Shown: positions 1 to 11,936 of the stretch, one piece after another | Numbering within the stretch: the first letter of the stretch is position 1 | How the letters are laid out: each line of letters opens with the position of its first letter | DNA from: Vicugna vicugna | Lineage: Eukaryota | Direction of reading: 5' to 3' | Assembly: GCA_013265495.1 (NCBI GenBank) | Contig: MU058718.1 | Span: 2,441,779 to 2,505,778, forward strand | Length of the DNA stretch: 64,000 nucleotides | The notes under the pieces: generated by a model | The model's database searches: none | The model's input: only the letters and a program-made list of their open reading frames with translations | Told to the model about the DNA's origin: nothing | Position numbers and translations under genes: made by a program

Positions 1-1039
1 ATTTTGGGTAAATCTATAAGCAGCTAAGGCCACTGCAGTGGATGGGTGCAAGTAGGGAGCCGGGAAGGTACAGGGCTGAGTGGGGAGGCTCAGTGGAAGT
101 CAAGTCCTCCTGGGAGCCCCGACTAAGTCCCTGGAGCTGCTCTCTCTGGGGTGAGTGCTGCAGGGCAGGCTTTGCCAGGTCCCTGCCTGGCCATGCAGAG
201 GAAGAGCTGAAGTGGGACAAACCCAGTGCACTGAATCCTTTACAAACAGGGTCACCACACTCCCATAGATACAAATTCTCTCCCTTCTTCTGTCTGCCTC
301 CTGTCCTCTCTTCTTAGTTAGCCCTGAAATAAATCACCTTTGTGAACATGTGTGGAGACACCAATGAAACAGAAACCTTTAATCAATGGGAAGAGAGAGG
401 AAATAGTCCAATGGGAAGACAGGAAACTTGGGAAAGAACTCAAGTCAACTCATGTAAGTTACTCTACTTATTCTTAGCACAGATGCTTATCTTTCTGTGG
501 TTGGCATCTTCTTTTCAGGCTAGGAAGGAAAAAACACATAGAAATATATGCCTACTTAACCAGTGCCCAGCCACACCTACTGTCCTGCTCTTTCGTGAGG
601 TCTCTGTGGCCTCCTGGGGCCCTGCAAACTGCCTCATCCCTCATCTTTTCCTGCCATTCAGCTGTCACTCCTGTCAAGACCAGCAGGACTACTGCCTGCC
701 ACTCGGTTGGAGGCCAGCCACTTTTTCTCCCTGCTCTTACTTTACCTGTGCCCACTGAGATTCTGAATCCATCACGGGACAAAATGGACTGTAATGGGCC
801 AGAAAATACGCAAATTCAAAGTTAATGGGAGGAAATAAGAATAAATGCACAGACCAGACTCATTCAAGGCAATCAAGGGATATGAGAAGACGTATGTTCC
901 CATAACTGTATCCTTTTCTTTTTATTCTCTTTTCTATAGAGCATTTCAGCAGGCTCAGAGACTCCCAACTAATGGACTTAGGAAGGCAGATTTTATCTGG
1001 AAGCCCTTCCCCCATATAATCATGACTTAATAATACTTA

Positions 1040-1475
1040 GTAATAATAATGGCTAATGCCCACACAGAACTTAATATTCCCGGGCACGGTCCTAAGCACT
1101 TTACTTTAAAAACTTCATTTCTTCTCCACAAAAGTCCTGAGATGTATGTTCATTATACCCATTTTACAGATGTGTAAACTGATTATGTGCCCAAATCCTA
1201 CCTTCTTTCCAGGTCGACTTAAAATATTACCCCCTTCATGAAGCCTTTTTGACGTGATGGCCAAGCAAATCAGTTTGAGTTGGATTATCTGGGTTTGAAT
1301 CCCTCACTGCCTATGTGACTTCAGGAAAGTTATTCCTTTTCAGCATTTATACAATGGGGATAATTGCACCTACCTTCCAGGATTGTTATGAAGCTTGAAT
1401 GAGATAGTATGAGTAAAACCTTGAGAACAGGTCCTAGCATATAATAATAACTCGACAATTAGCTAGTATTATTAT
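1040..1475. mobile_element. Two MIR SINE fragments (minus ~1040-1180; plus ~1285-1475)
   Basis: MIR core matches: cccattttacagatgtgtaaactga; ctgggtttgaatccc...tgtgacttcaggaaagtta...aatggggataattgcacctacc. Confidence 0.75.
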
Positions 1476-2173
1476 TTTATCAATTAGAAGTGAATCCTTT
1501 TCTTCTCTAAACTCCCTTATGTCCCTAATCACTCCCTCTCACCCGCAGTATTACAGCTTATGTGGTTAGATATGGTGTTTTTCTCATTTTATATCCCCAA
1601 AATGAATTACAGTTGTAGGTACCAGATTTGAGCTGAATGAATAAATGGATGACAACAGGCTACACATCCAAGTTGATTGAAAAAGCAAACACTTTACATG
1701 ACTTTGTCTCTACATTTGCTCCTTTCTTCTCAAAGTGGAGTGCAGCAAGATACAATTCTCACTATTTGAGAATGCTTCATTAGTTTGGATCTGGGTAACT
1801 GAATGACACTTATCAAGACAAATACTTCTGTGCAGTATTTATCCATGTCAATTTTATTGCATATTATTAGGTTATTTGTATTTTTAAGTCACTTGATTTG
1901 TCTTCGAAGTGTATGAGTCTACACCTGACATTCTAATTTTATTTATTTATTTTTATTTGTGGGTTTTACTAAAAAAATGACATAAATTTATTCATTTATG
2001 ACAATGACCAAAGTACATATTTTATTCATTCTCACAAGATATCAGCTTGAACACATTCTACACTTTCAGAAAATCTCTGCTGATCAGGAGTATTCTCTAG
2101 AACATACTTTATAAACTGCTTCTCTAAGAGAGGGCTTGAATAATGAATAACCTCAGAATATACACCTGGCTTG

Positions 2174-2330
2174 GTTTTTTAAAAAATATTTTAATTAATT
2201 AATTAAGGTTTTGTTTTGGGGGGAGATAATTATGTTTTTTATTTACTTATTTATTTTAATGGAAATACTGGGGATTGAACCCAGGACCTTGAAAAAGCAT
2301 GCACTCCACCACTGAGCTATACCCTCCCCA
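2174..2330 (-). mobile_element. tRNA-derived SINE, camelid Vic-1-like
   Basis: Reverse complement ggggagggtatagctcagtggtggagtgcatgc...gtcctgggttcaatccccagt (pol III A and B boxes) plus an A-rich tail. TSD acacctggcttg (2162-2173) / acatctggcttg (2334-2345). Confidence 0.85.
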
Positions 2331-3157
2331 GCAACATCTGGCTTGTTTTAAATACCCAGTTCAAGATATGCATAGAGAATCGATGTGAGAAGTGCGCCCT
2401 CTGTTGGAATTAGGGGTCCATGAAAAAAATATTGCTCCTGCCAGGACAGCAACCTTGATTCCAATGCCCTTTCCCATCCAGTTCATCCATCACAACATCC
2501 TAGATGCCACCCTTTATCTATCTCTTTAAATCCACTTCCCACCCTTTTCTCTGGCCAGTTTCTCACTACTATCCCTTACACGACTTTAACAGTCTCCTCT
2601 GGAAGAAGCATCCCAAACATACCATCCAAAATGAAATACACACACAAGTTATCTCAATGCACGCAGGATGTCTTTCACCACTTCTCTGTGTCGATGGATT
2701 CTGATATATGCAATTACACACGCTTATGCTTACCTTTACTTGGCTTCTAAACTTCTCAACTATTACATCGAATCTATACATGAACATCCTTTCTCATCCA
2801 TCCCTGCTCCCTACCAACCTTCAAAACACAGTGGTTTTCTAAGGTGAAAATAATTTTGATGAAAATATGTTATACGCATTAGAGAACAAACTACAAACTG
2901 CCCCTAAAGTTCCCCCCATATTCTCTATACTTTCTTCTTATTGTATCAAATTGGAAATATGAGAATTCAATCTAGTTAAGTATCGTGCTCTAATCCAGCA
3001 TTATAGCAAAATTAACTTAAAAAAACCATATTCTAACAAATTTTTCATTGGCTTAATGAAATACAATATTTATGCTATGAACAAGTTTTTTCTTGACATT
3101 TACCCCCCTTCACACACAGCCTTATTTTTTTCCAGTCACTAAATCTGTTCCTTAGAA

Positions 3158-3723
3158 AAGTGGTTTTCAAAGAGTGAGGGTCTCTGATACCCCTTCTGTG
3201 GGGTCAAAGCTATTTTCATAAAAAGATGTTATTTTTCTTTTTCACTTTCATCCTCCCGTAAGTGTACAATGTGAGTTTTACAGAGGCTGCCTGATGTGTA
3301 ATGAATGACATCATCACTCTCATTGCTAATGGAACATATACTGTGTACCCTTGTGTTTTCTAGGCCCTTCTAAGGTAATAGGGTTTATATATATATATAT
3401 TCAGAGACTGTTTTCAGAGACTGTTTTCAGTACTTTTGTGCTCTTAACATGTTTTCCCATGTTACCTGCTGTAATCTCTGCAACTTCATTATCACACATT
3501 GAATCATTTTGAAATCCCAGCTCTCCTTTACCCATGCAAAAACAAGAAATAAGTATATCTTAACTTGTTTTGCAATAATATTGAAAAATTTTCTTATTTT
3601 TACTTTCTAATATAATAAATTCTAATAGATATAATCCACATAAATAGAAGCTCTTTGGGTCCTTAAGGATTTATAAGAGTAAAAAGGGGGTCCTTAGGCT
3701 AAAACAAATTTGAGAAGTACTGC
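3158..3723. mobile_element. hAT-Charlie DNA transposon fossil (MER119-like)
   Basis: Ends agtggttttcaaa ... tttgagaagtactg resemble the Charlie CAGTGGTTCTCAAA TIR; internal ataatccacataaatagaagctctttggg. Confidence 0.55.
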
Positions 3724-4321
3724 CTTAAAATATAACACAAGAGCATATTTCTTAATTAATTTTCTATATCCAGAAGACAATAATAAGTAGAAGTTATAAT
3801 TAATGATAATAATTAGTGATACTAATTTTTTTGAGGCCAGGCACTTGGTTAAGGTATTTTGTGTATACATATTACTTCAAATCTTCATAACTATCTTACA
3901 AAACAAGAATGGTTATCCTCGTTACAGATGAGGAAACAGGTTTGAAAGGGTTAGTAAGCTGCTATTATAGTTAATAAGTGATGACGTCTGATTCAAACCC
4001 ATGTCTGATGCTAAAGCCCTTATCCTTTCTAGAAAATGATAGTTCCTGTGAAGAATACTGTCTGCTTTGCACATCTCTGGAACTTTACAAGTTCTTTAGA
4101 AAATCATTTTCAAATCCATTATTTCCTTCAATCCTCACAAGCCCCTATGAGTTGTTCACGTTTCCTTAGAGACGTGTCCTGATATAATGTTATTTTCCAC
4201 TGTATCATGCTGCTTTCTGCATTATTCGTACTAAAACATTCAAACTCAGGACATAATTCTGCACATGTGGCTATTTTCTGTTTTTATCACATTTAAGGTA
4301 GGTAAGGCTATTACTTTAGAG

Positions 4322-4893
4322 CAGGAGTCTGCAAATGTATTCTGTAAAGTGCCAAAGAGCAAATATTTTAGGTTTTATGGGGCAAGAGGCAAATAGTGAA
4401 TATCTGGTGAGTACTTACCAGCAAGAGAGAAAACACATTTCCACAATTTTTTTAAAGCAAGTTTTCTTTTAGTTTTTGCCCCTGTATATTTTTTTAAAAA
4501 AATGTTTATTTATTTTTGGGAGGGAGGTAATTAGTTTTATTTGGTTATTTGCAGTGGAAGTATCGAGGATTGAACCCACGACCTTGGGCATGCTAAGCAG
4601 CCATTCTACCACTGACTATACTCTCCTCCCTCATTTCCACAATGTTTATTGATGAAATTCAAAATGTAATAATAACAATTGAGTACAACTATTTGGTAAT
4701 ACATGTCTACTAATGGGAAGACTGACTCTTTCCCTTGAAATCATTATTTGATTTAGTTGAGGGTTCAGAGTTCATATCCTCTATTATCAAATTGATGGCA
4801 AATATTTATTTACAGAAACCATTCTTAACTCCAGGGCCACCCAAAAACAGTGGGCATGTCTTTGTCCTGTGGGCTGTGGTTTGCCAACTCCTG
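4322..4893 (+). mobile_element. MER58-type hAT-Charlie element interrupted by a SINE
   Basis: TIRs caggagtctgcaaa ... tttgccaactcctg; perfect 8-bp hAT TSD ctttagag at 4314-4321 and 4894-4901. Confidence 0.85.
4448..4631 (-). mobile_element. tRNA-derived SINE, Vic-1-like, nested in MER58
   Basis: Homologous to the 2174-2330 copy (gattgaaccc...accactga); perfect 12-bp TSD catttccacaat at 4436-4447 and 4632-4643. Confidence 0.85.
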
Positions 4894-4901
4894 CTTTAGA
4901 G

Positions 4902-5062
4902 TGTGGTTCTCCAAATGTGATCCCCAGATCAGCAGGTGAGGTAGAAGCTGCTAAATTCTTCAAAAATGTCTGAATTAGAAACTCTGGGGAAGGGGTCCAG
5001 CCATCTCTGTTTTTAAAAGCTCTGCTGATGAGTCTGAGCGTGCTCGAGTCTGAAAAACACAG
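4902..5062. mobile_element. MER5A-like hAT-Charlie fossil
   Basis: tggttctccaaatgtgatccccagatcagcag...gaattagaaactctggggaaggggtccagccatctctgtttt. Confidence 0.7.
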
Positions 5063-6290
5063 CTAGATTTCAAATGCCTATACCTGTATCTGTATCTATA
5101 GATACAGACGTATTTATTTATTTATTTGGGGGCGTTCTGATCCTAACTCTGCATGATGATGCTACAGACAACTCTTTGCCACACACTAGGGCCTTCATTT
5201 AAGAGAAAAATCACATTTTATTTCACCTTCGTCCACCCTTGAAAGTAATGTCCAAAACTGCTACGCTGCCGGCAAGAAACTTGACTTTCTTATTCACAGA
5301 TGTCTCTGGACTCCAAAGACCCTGACTTGGCAATGAATTTATTTAAATGTTGTTCATGTTGAACAAGTACACGATGGAGTCAGGAGAGGGAGAGGATTAA
5401 CGCTGAAAAAGTTTCTCAAGCCTAAGTCACTCCTAGGTGTCTCGGCCAGGATCTCAGTAGGAAACGCCTTCAAAACAACGAGGTAATTCAATCTGCACCA
5501 CCACCCCCATTAGCAAATTGAATGCCAACATAATGGCTTTCATGTCACCTCGCTCGCCAAGATAGAAACAAAGCCTGTCAAAACAGGTTTTCAAAACGAC
5601 ATCACCAAGTGAAACGTACGTACACATCTGCTAGTCCAAACAGCCTCTCAGCCTCCACTGCCGCCACCTCCCGCGGCGGCAGAGCCCGAAACAGCGTCCG
5701 CCACTCCTCCAAGTTTACGCACGAGTTTTAAAAAAACAAAACCTATGCTTTCAGTTACTCACCTCTGCAAAATCACTCTGGGAGGATTACACCTTCCCTT
5801 ATTCTCTTTCTACGCCAACACTCGGGAGAAGAATTCCCAGATGCCATTTGCCCATTTCTGGTGCCACTAAAATCACGGGCAGGTCTAACGAAGTAAAACA
5901 TGATTTAGCCATCGGGAAGTGGTAGAGGACTCGTATTGCCAAGGAGGAACCAAATTCTGCTCCTCAAAGTTCTGAGGTGCAAAAATAATCCTGAGATTTT
6001 CCCAGAAGGAAGCAGAGAGGAGGGGATTCTGTCAACTGGAGAGGTTTTGAGGGGCTAAAGGGACACCATCGGGTTAGGGCTTTCTCTTTCTTTTTGTGGC
6101 ATTCTCTCTTTTCGCTCAACAAATTGGGTTCTAAGCCCTCGGGGCTGTGTAGGGTACCCTGTGTAGGGCGCGCAACAACAAACTCTGCTGGCTCTTCTTG
6201 CGCCGCGTCCCAAGCCCTCCACCCTACCCTCCCGACACCCTCAATCCCACGCGCTCCAGTCTCCCGCAGCCTTGGCGCGGAGCGACTCAC

Positions 6291-7145
6291 AACTAAAGGC
6301 AGGGAGCAGATGGTGAAGAGCACGGTCATGAGGGCCAACAGTAGGAGATGATCCAGCTCCTCCAGGGGCTGCGAGGTCGCCTCCTTCTCTCGGGCGCCAG
6401 GCTCCGCGCGGTCCCTGGGACCCGAGCGCGGGAGCCTCCTAAGCCGGCGGTGCATCGCGTAGAGGTTGCGCATGGCGCTCAGGTTGCACAGCACGATGGC
6501 GAGAACCAGCAGCGCCAAGAGGCTGGCGTAGAGCACCGAGTAGCTCAGCACCGACAACGAGCGCTCCTCGTGGACCATTTGGATGAAGCACCAGGTGCCA
6601 GGGCAGTACTGCACGAACTTCCCGACGCCCGCGAAGGGCAGCGCGCAGAAAGCCAGGCAGAAGGCGCCCACGACGGGTGCCACTAGCGCGCCCCGGCGCG
6701 GGGTGATGTGCCGTCGGTAGAAGAAGGGGTGCCCCAGGGAAAGCCAGCACTCCAGGGCCATGGCCAGGAGCTGCAGCGTCGAGGCGAGCCCGAAGAAGGT
6801 CATGATGAAGGCGAAGGCTTGGCACAGCGAGCTGCCCGATGCAGGCACGAGCGCCTGCAGGCTTCGGTTCTGCGCGTAGGCGGCCAGCACGAAGGGGCTC
6901 ACGAGGGACTTGCCCAGCAAGTCGGTGACCGTCAGGCCGCACACCAGCACATAGAAGACCGAAAGCGGTGGGCGCGGTGGGCGCGGTGGGCGCGGCGGAG
7001 CTATATCCAGCCCAGAGCGCGCCAGCAGTCCCAGGGCCAGCAGGTTGCCCAGGAGGCCCGCGCTGAAGAGCACCCCGCCCATCGTCGCCGAGTTGCCCTT
7101 CTCCACCGAGGTGGTATTGTGGCACCGGTAGACCGGTAGCCTCAT
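6291..7145 (-). CDS. PTGDR: Prostaglandin D2 receptor DP1, first coding exon (285 codons, TM1 to most of TM6); partial CDS, exon 2 not found in window
   Basis: Translation [45 protein letters not shown]...[22 protein letters not shown]...[15 protein letters not shown]...[24 protein letters not shown] matches DP1 as recalled, including ECW in place of DRY and the QYCPGTWCF prostanoid-receptor motif. Kozak cccgccATG at 7145. Phase-0 donor GTT|GTGAGT at 6291/6290, the conserved prostanoid-receptor TM6 intron position. The ORF-track extension to 5964 is intron read-through. Confidence 0.97.
6965..6991 (-). repeat. In-frame 9-bp tandem repeat x3 (plus strand gcggtgggc) encoding (RPP)3 in PTGDR intracellular loop 1
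   Basis: gcggtgggc gcggtgggc gcggtgggc, followed by a degenerate gcggcggag; protein [15 protein letters not shown]. Confidence 0.9.
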
Positions 7146-7979
7146 GGCGGGAGCCGCGGCAGGCCCAAGAGGAGGCTGCGGAATGGCCGGGGCCCCGGCG
7201 TCGGGATGCGGAGGAGCCCCTCGCGGCCCGGCGCGCCGCTTGCCGGGAGAAGCTGCGCCGCGGAGGAAGCTCCGCGGGCGGCGGGGTGTTCCTTTAGACA
7301 GTCGCTTCCTATGTAAACTCGCCAGTCACACCCGCCCCCAGGGGCGGGACCCACGGCGGGTGCGCACGCCGCGCAGGTTTTGCAGAGGCGCGGGCAGCCG
7401 AGCGAAGAGTTCGGCCGCGACGCGCCAGGTCCTGAGGAGAGACCGACCCTCAGGCCCAGAGTCGGAAGGAAAGAAGAAAAGTAGCCAGAGCCCCAGCACC
7501 CAAGGCCAGTCCTTCCCGAGAGGCAAGAGAACTAATGAAATAGAGGAGAAATTAAGTAGCAGCCACTAGGGAGGAGGTGGTGGTGTGGTGGGAGTTTGGT
7601 GGTGGCCGAGAACTCGGAAGATGAGCGCGGAGGGGAGGCTCAGACAGCGCTCCCACTAGTTTTTGAATTAGTAGGTTAAGGAGGGGCCAATATTTGCATA
7701 ACACTTAAACCTTAGCTCGCATTCTCTGTGAGATCCTAAAACAGGAACAGTGAGCTTCTTTGCAAATGTGAGGTAACAGATCTTAGAAGTTTATGTCGTC
7801 CCCCAAGGTGACAGGAAGTACTTGGCCAAGCTGGACCTGGAACCCGTATCTTCTATTTATAGAGTCCATCTGTCTTGCTTCCATGGTTTCTCCTCTCAAG
7901 ATTATAGGGAAGTGGTTCCAGGGAAAACCAAGAGATATTGGGTACCATGAATCAGAGTGGTTGTGTAGACACGTGGGAG

Positions 7980-8185
7980 ATGGATAGCTAAGAGCACTGA
8001 TGCTGTCAACAGAGAGACCTGGGTTTAAGTTCCAGTTCTGCTACTCACTGCCTGGGTGACCCTGAGGGAGTTACTTAACCTCACAAAAAGTAACATCTAA
8101 CCAGCCTGCTTGGCTCTTTTGAGGCATAGGGATAACATATGTAAAGTGTAGAGACATAGGAAGTGCTCAGTGCAACACAATTGTG
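7980..8185 (+). mobile_element. MIR SINE
   Basis: agacctgggtttaagttccagttctgctactcactgcctgggtgaccctgagggagttacttaacctc. Confidence 0.75.
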
Positions 8186-8211
8186 AGCATTCTCCCATGT
8201 TTCAGAAAGAC

Positions 8212-8300
8212 TTTATTATTATTATTATTGAAGTATAGTAAGTTTACAGTGTTGTGTTAATTTCTGGTGTACAGCATAGTGATTCAGCTATATATACATG

Positions 8301-8333
<33 letters not shown>

Positions 8334-9500
8334 ATTTTCCTTTTCCTTACAAGGTACTGAATATAGTTCCCTGTGCTACAGGGTAGAACCTTGTTGGTTA
8401 TCTGTATTATATATATTAGTTAGTATCTGCGACCATAGTTAGTATCTGGAAACCATGTTTGTTTTCTATGTCTAAGAGTCTATTTCTGTTTTGTAAATAA
8501 GTCCATTTGTATCACTTTTTAAGAGTCCATGTAAGAGTGAAAGGGGAACCCTCCTACACTGCTGGTGGGAATGCAGTTTGGTGCAGCCACTATGGAAAAC
8601 AGTGTGGAGATTCCTCAAAAGACTAGGAATAGACTTACCATATGACCCAGGAATCCCACTCCTGGGCTTGTATCCAGAAGGAAATCTACTTCAGGATGAC
8701 ACCTGCACCCCAATGTTCATAGCAGCACTATTTACAATAGCCAAAACATGGAAACAGCCTAAATATCCATCAACAGGTGACTGGATAAAGAAGAGGTGGT
8801 ATATTTATACAATGGAATACTACTCAGCCATAAAAACCAACAACATAACGCCATTTGCAGCAACATGGATGCTCCTAGAGAATGTCATTCTAAGTGAAGT
8901 AAGCCAGAAAGAGAAAGAAAAATACCATATGAGATCACTCATATGTGGAATCTAAAGACTCATGGACAGAGAATACAGACTTGTGGTTACCAGGGGGGTA
9001 GAGGGTGGGAAGGGATAGACTGGGATTTCAAAATTGTAGAATAGATAAACAAGATTACACTGTATAGCACAGGGAAATATACACAAAATGTTATGATAAA
9101 TCACAGAGAAAAAAATGTGACAATGAGTGTGTATATGTCCATGAATGACTGAAAAATTGTGCTGAACACTGGAATTCGACACAACATTGTAAAATGATTA
9201 TAAATCAATAAAAAATGTTAAAAAAAAAAGATTCCACGTAAGAGTGAAATCATATGGTATTTTTATTTCTCTTTCTGGCTTACTTCACTTAGTATGATAA
9301 TCTTCAGGTCCATCCGTGTTGCTGCAAATGATGTTATTTTATTCTTTTTTATGGCTGAATAGTATTCCATTGTATACATATACCACAACTTCTTCAGTGA
9401 TTCATTTGTCAATGGACATTTAGATTGCTTCCATGTGTTGACTAATTGTAAATAGTACTGCTATAAATATTACGGTGCATGTATCTTTTCGAATGAGAGT
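8212..9500 (-). mobile_element. Older L1 3' end (ORF2 tail and 3' UTR), split at ~8542/9228 by a younger L1
   Basis: ttattgaagtatagtaagtttacagtgttgtgttaatttctggtgtacagc...; resumes at 9250 with catatggtatttttatttctctttctggcttacttcacttagtatg. Contains (TG)n at ~8307-8333. Confidence 0.85.
8543..9227 (+). mobile_element. 5'-truncated younger L1: open ORF2 C-terminus (8578-8955), 3' UTR and poly(A)
   Basis: [29 protein letters not shown]...WYIYTMEYYSAIK...ICGI* is the L1 ORF2 C-terminus. TSD aagagtccatgtaagagtgaaa (8521-8542) / aagattccacgtaagagtgaaa (9228-9249) at a TTTTT/AA endonuclease site. Confidence 0.93.
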
Positions 9501-11719
9501 AGGAAGGCTGTTTTAGTAGGTAATGTCTAACTGCAGTTTTTAGCATGAATTTTGAAAGTAGAAAATAGTAGACTTGGTTTGGAGCTTTTTCGCTCTGATT
9601 TGTGATACTAGAAAACATTTCTACCCTTCTGGCCTTGGACTTGGGTGTATCATAGAGGTAGGGAATTAACTGTGATAAGTGTGACCTGTTTCTTTAATTA
9701 ACACTTGATACTCTAGGAGAGAAACTGGCTTTGATGTGAAATTTGAATAGGATGACTGGGCTCCTGTTACATAAGCAAGAAAATTATGCCTTGGCTTGAA
9801 GAAGCTCATTTTTAGGTTCAGTGCCTGTTGCCATGGGCAGACTCAGGGAGGAAGTAAGAGTCTTGGGCTTAAATGTAAAAGCCTTTAAGTGTAGCCCGAG
9901 AGGCTACTTTCAGACTGAAAGCCTGGCCAGGAATTCAGGCTATGGCATGGAGACAAAAGAGTTCAAGCTTTGGAATCAGATAGTTCTGAACTAGCTGTGT
10001 GACCCGGGGGGGTAGTTTATTCATGTGTCCGAAGTTTATTTCCTTAAAAATAGAATATGGGACTTATTAGGACCTCGTGGGGTTGTTGTGAAGTTGAGAA
10101 AGCATAAAGTGTTTGGCATAGACTAATTAAAATAACATTTATAGGCCCTTATTTATATATGCTGAGCACTCTCTAATCCTTATACACCTATTGACTCAAT
10201 TAATAGAACATCTTCCATGGGCTTAGTTTCTGTCTCCCTCTCATTGCCACCTCTCCTCCCCACCTCCAGCCCCTAAAGAGTAAGGATGGATTTGGACGAG
10301 TTCCATTCGAGTTGATGAGGTGAAGTAGGGAACAGGCCCTATAACAAAAAGACACAAGAATCTGATGCAATCTGACATCTCCTCTTCAGACAGACACACA
10401 TTTGCATCATTTATACTACTTACAGTATGTTTCCAGTTTCCTAAAGTCCCACCAAGCTGCCCTGAGGAGGCCCAGTGGATTCTGGCTTAAGACTCTTCCC
10501 CTAAGAACATTGTACGGGGATGTTCTCTGAAGCATCTCTACCCCTATTTTTTGCAGTCTTGTTTTTCTGCTCCAGCTGCCTCGACCACCATACCTCTCCT
10601 AAGAATATAAACAACCTTTTGGAAACAACTCCAAAGTGTGACTGAAGGGACAGCTGTGAATCCTTAACGTGATCTACGTATGTCATGCTTTAAAGGTTGA
10701 TGGCTTTGAATGGACACAATTCAGGAAACCACAGGCTTCCTCCTGGCCAGTGTACTGGCCTTTACCATGGGGTTTCCGGCTGCTTTCCTGCCCGTTTGCT
10801 CTTGTTCGCCCTGCCCTGTTCTCAGGCTTCACTTTGCAGTCTCCTGTCCTTCCTCCTAAGAACTCTTATTTTACAGCTTCACTGTGCAGCCAAGAAAAGT
10901 AAATTTGTTCACACATCTCAAGTATTTTTTGAACTCTTACTTTGTGCCAGGCATGGGGGTGAGATACGTGGGCCCTGAGGAACAGACAGCAAATAAAAGA
11001 AGGCAAAGGTCATGTCATGTGACTTTTACATTGTTATACATTTTTATATACATTTTCAGAGTAACAAGGTGAAGCTTGCTCTTTCTTTCCTTCTTTCTCT
11101 TTTTTTCCCCCTATAAGAGGGAAACTGCTAATGAAAGTATCTTGGGCTAAGTTACATAATAAAGTTACCTTCATTGTCTGCAGAGCTGTACTAGGCTGCT
11201 TAATTTGAGTTATAAGACAAATCTTCTGGGAAAATATATATGGTATAATTTGAACTGACATCTGAATATATAATTATATTATGACTTTGTAAATGTAAAA
11301 AACATATATGTTCCTAGATAAGAACTAGAAGTTGACATAGGCAAATAAAACAATTTAAACTTGAGAAGGGATAGTGGAAAAACTTCTCCTGGGATTTGTG
11401 ATATTTTTACTGTGGGTATCTGTTTATCTAAAAAGATTTTAAACAGAAAGCAAATGTCGGCTCATGGCCAGATTTTACAAAGAGAAGAATAGGAAAAAAA
11501 TATTTCCTGGATCCATCCTGACTATGCTTCTAAGTCTTATCCATCCCTCAGTCCCACTGAACTCCAAGCAGTGTTTTAGGCTGGGGATTGTGATGAGCAG
11601 AGAAGAGAGACGAGGAAAGCTAAAACAGAGAGAGCAAACTTAGCGTCTGATTTTGGAGCATCTGCTGGGTGCTAGCGGCCATGCTAGATGCTTCTCTACA
11701 TGCAGGGAGTGGGGCGGTG

Positions 11720-11930
11720 GCAGAGCAGTGTGGTGGGGATGGGAAAGGTGTCAGGAGTCATACTGTGTGAATTCAGAGCTTGGCTTTGCCCCATGCTAGC
11801 TCTGCACCCTTGAGCAACCTTCTAAGCTTTCTAAACCTCAGTTTCCTTGTGTGTAGAAATGGAGGTAAGAGGAATAATTGTACTGAACTCACGAGGTAAT
11901 TATGTGGCTTAAATGAAAAAAGTAATCTGC
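11720..11930 (+). mobile_element. MIR SINE
   Basis: ctagctctgcacccttgagcaaccttctaagctttctaaacctcagtttccttgtgtgtagaaatggaggtaa. Confidence 0.7.
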
Positions 11931-11936
11931 ATAGAG

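Larger units (their letters stand above)
1..6290 (-). other. PTGDR: PTGDR intron following the first coding exon (continues past the left edge)
   Basis: Begins GTGAGT on the minus strand at 6290. No sequence encoding the expected exon-2 start (YRAYYGAF-like) was seen in 1-6290. Confidence 0.8.
6160..7470. promoter_or_regulatory. PTGDR: CpG island covering PTGDR exon 1 and promoter, with GC boxes (cccgcccc 7331-7338, ggggcggg 7341-7348)
   Basis: Very high GC and CpG density against a CpG-depleted background. Two opposed Sp1-type boxes lie ~190-200 bp upstream of the ATG. Confidence 0.85.

Noticed and set aside
5964..6290. C-terminal 108 aa of the 393-aa ORF ([12 protein letters not shown]...) as part of PTGDR
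   Set aside because: Starts exactly at the GTGAGT splice donor, has no TM7 and no DP1 similarity; intron read-through.
6094..7569. Overlapping ORFs around PTGDR exon 1 (228 aa minus; 85, 112, 143 and 141 aa plus; 70-aa uORF-like 7142-7354)
   Set aside because: Stop-poor shadow frames of a GC-rich CpG island; the 228-aa and 70-aa ORFs start at GTG; no recognisable protein.
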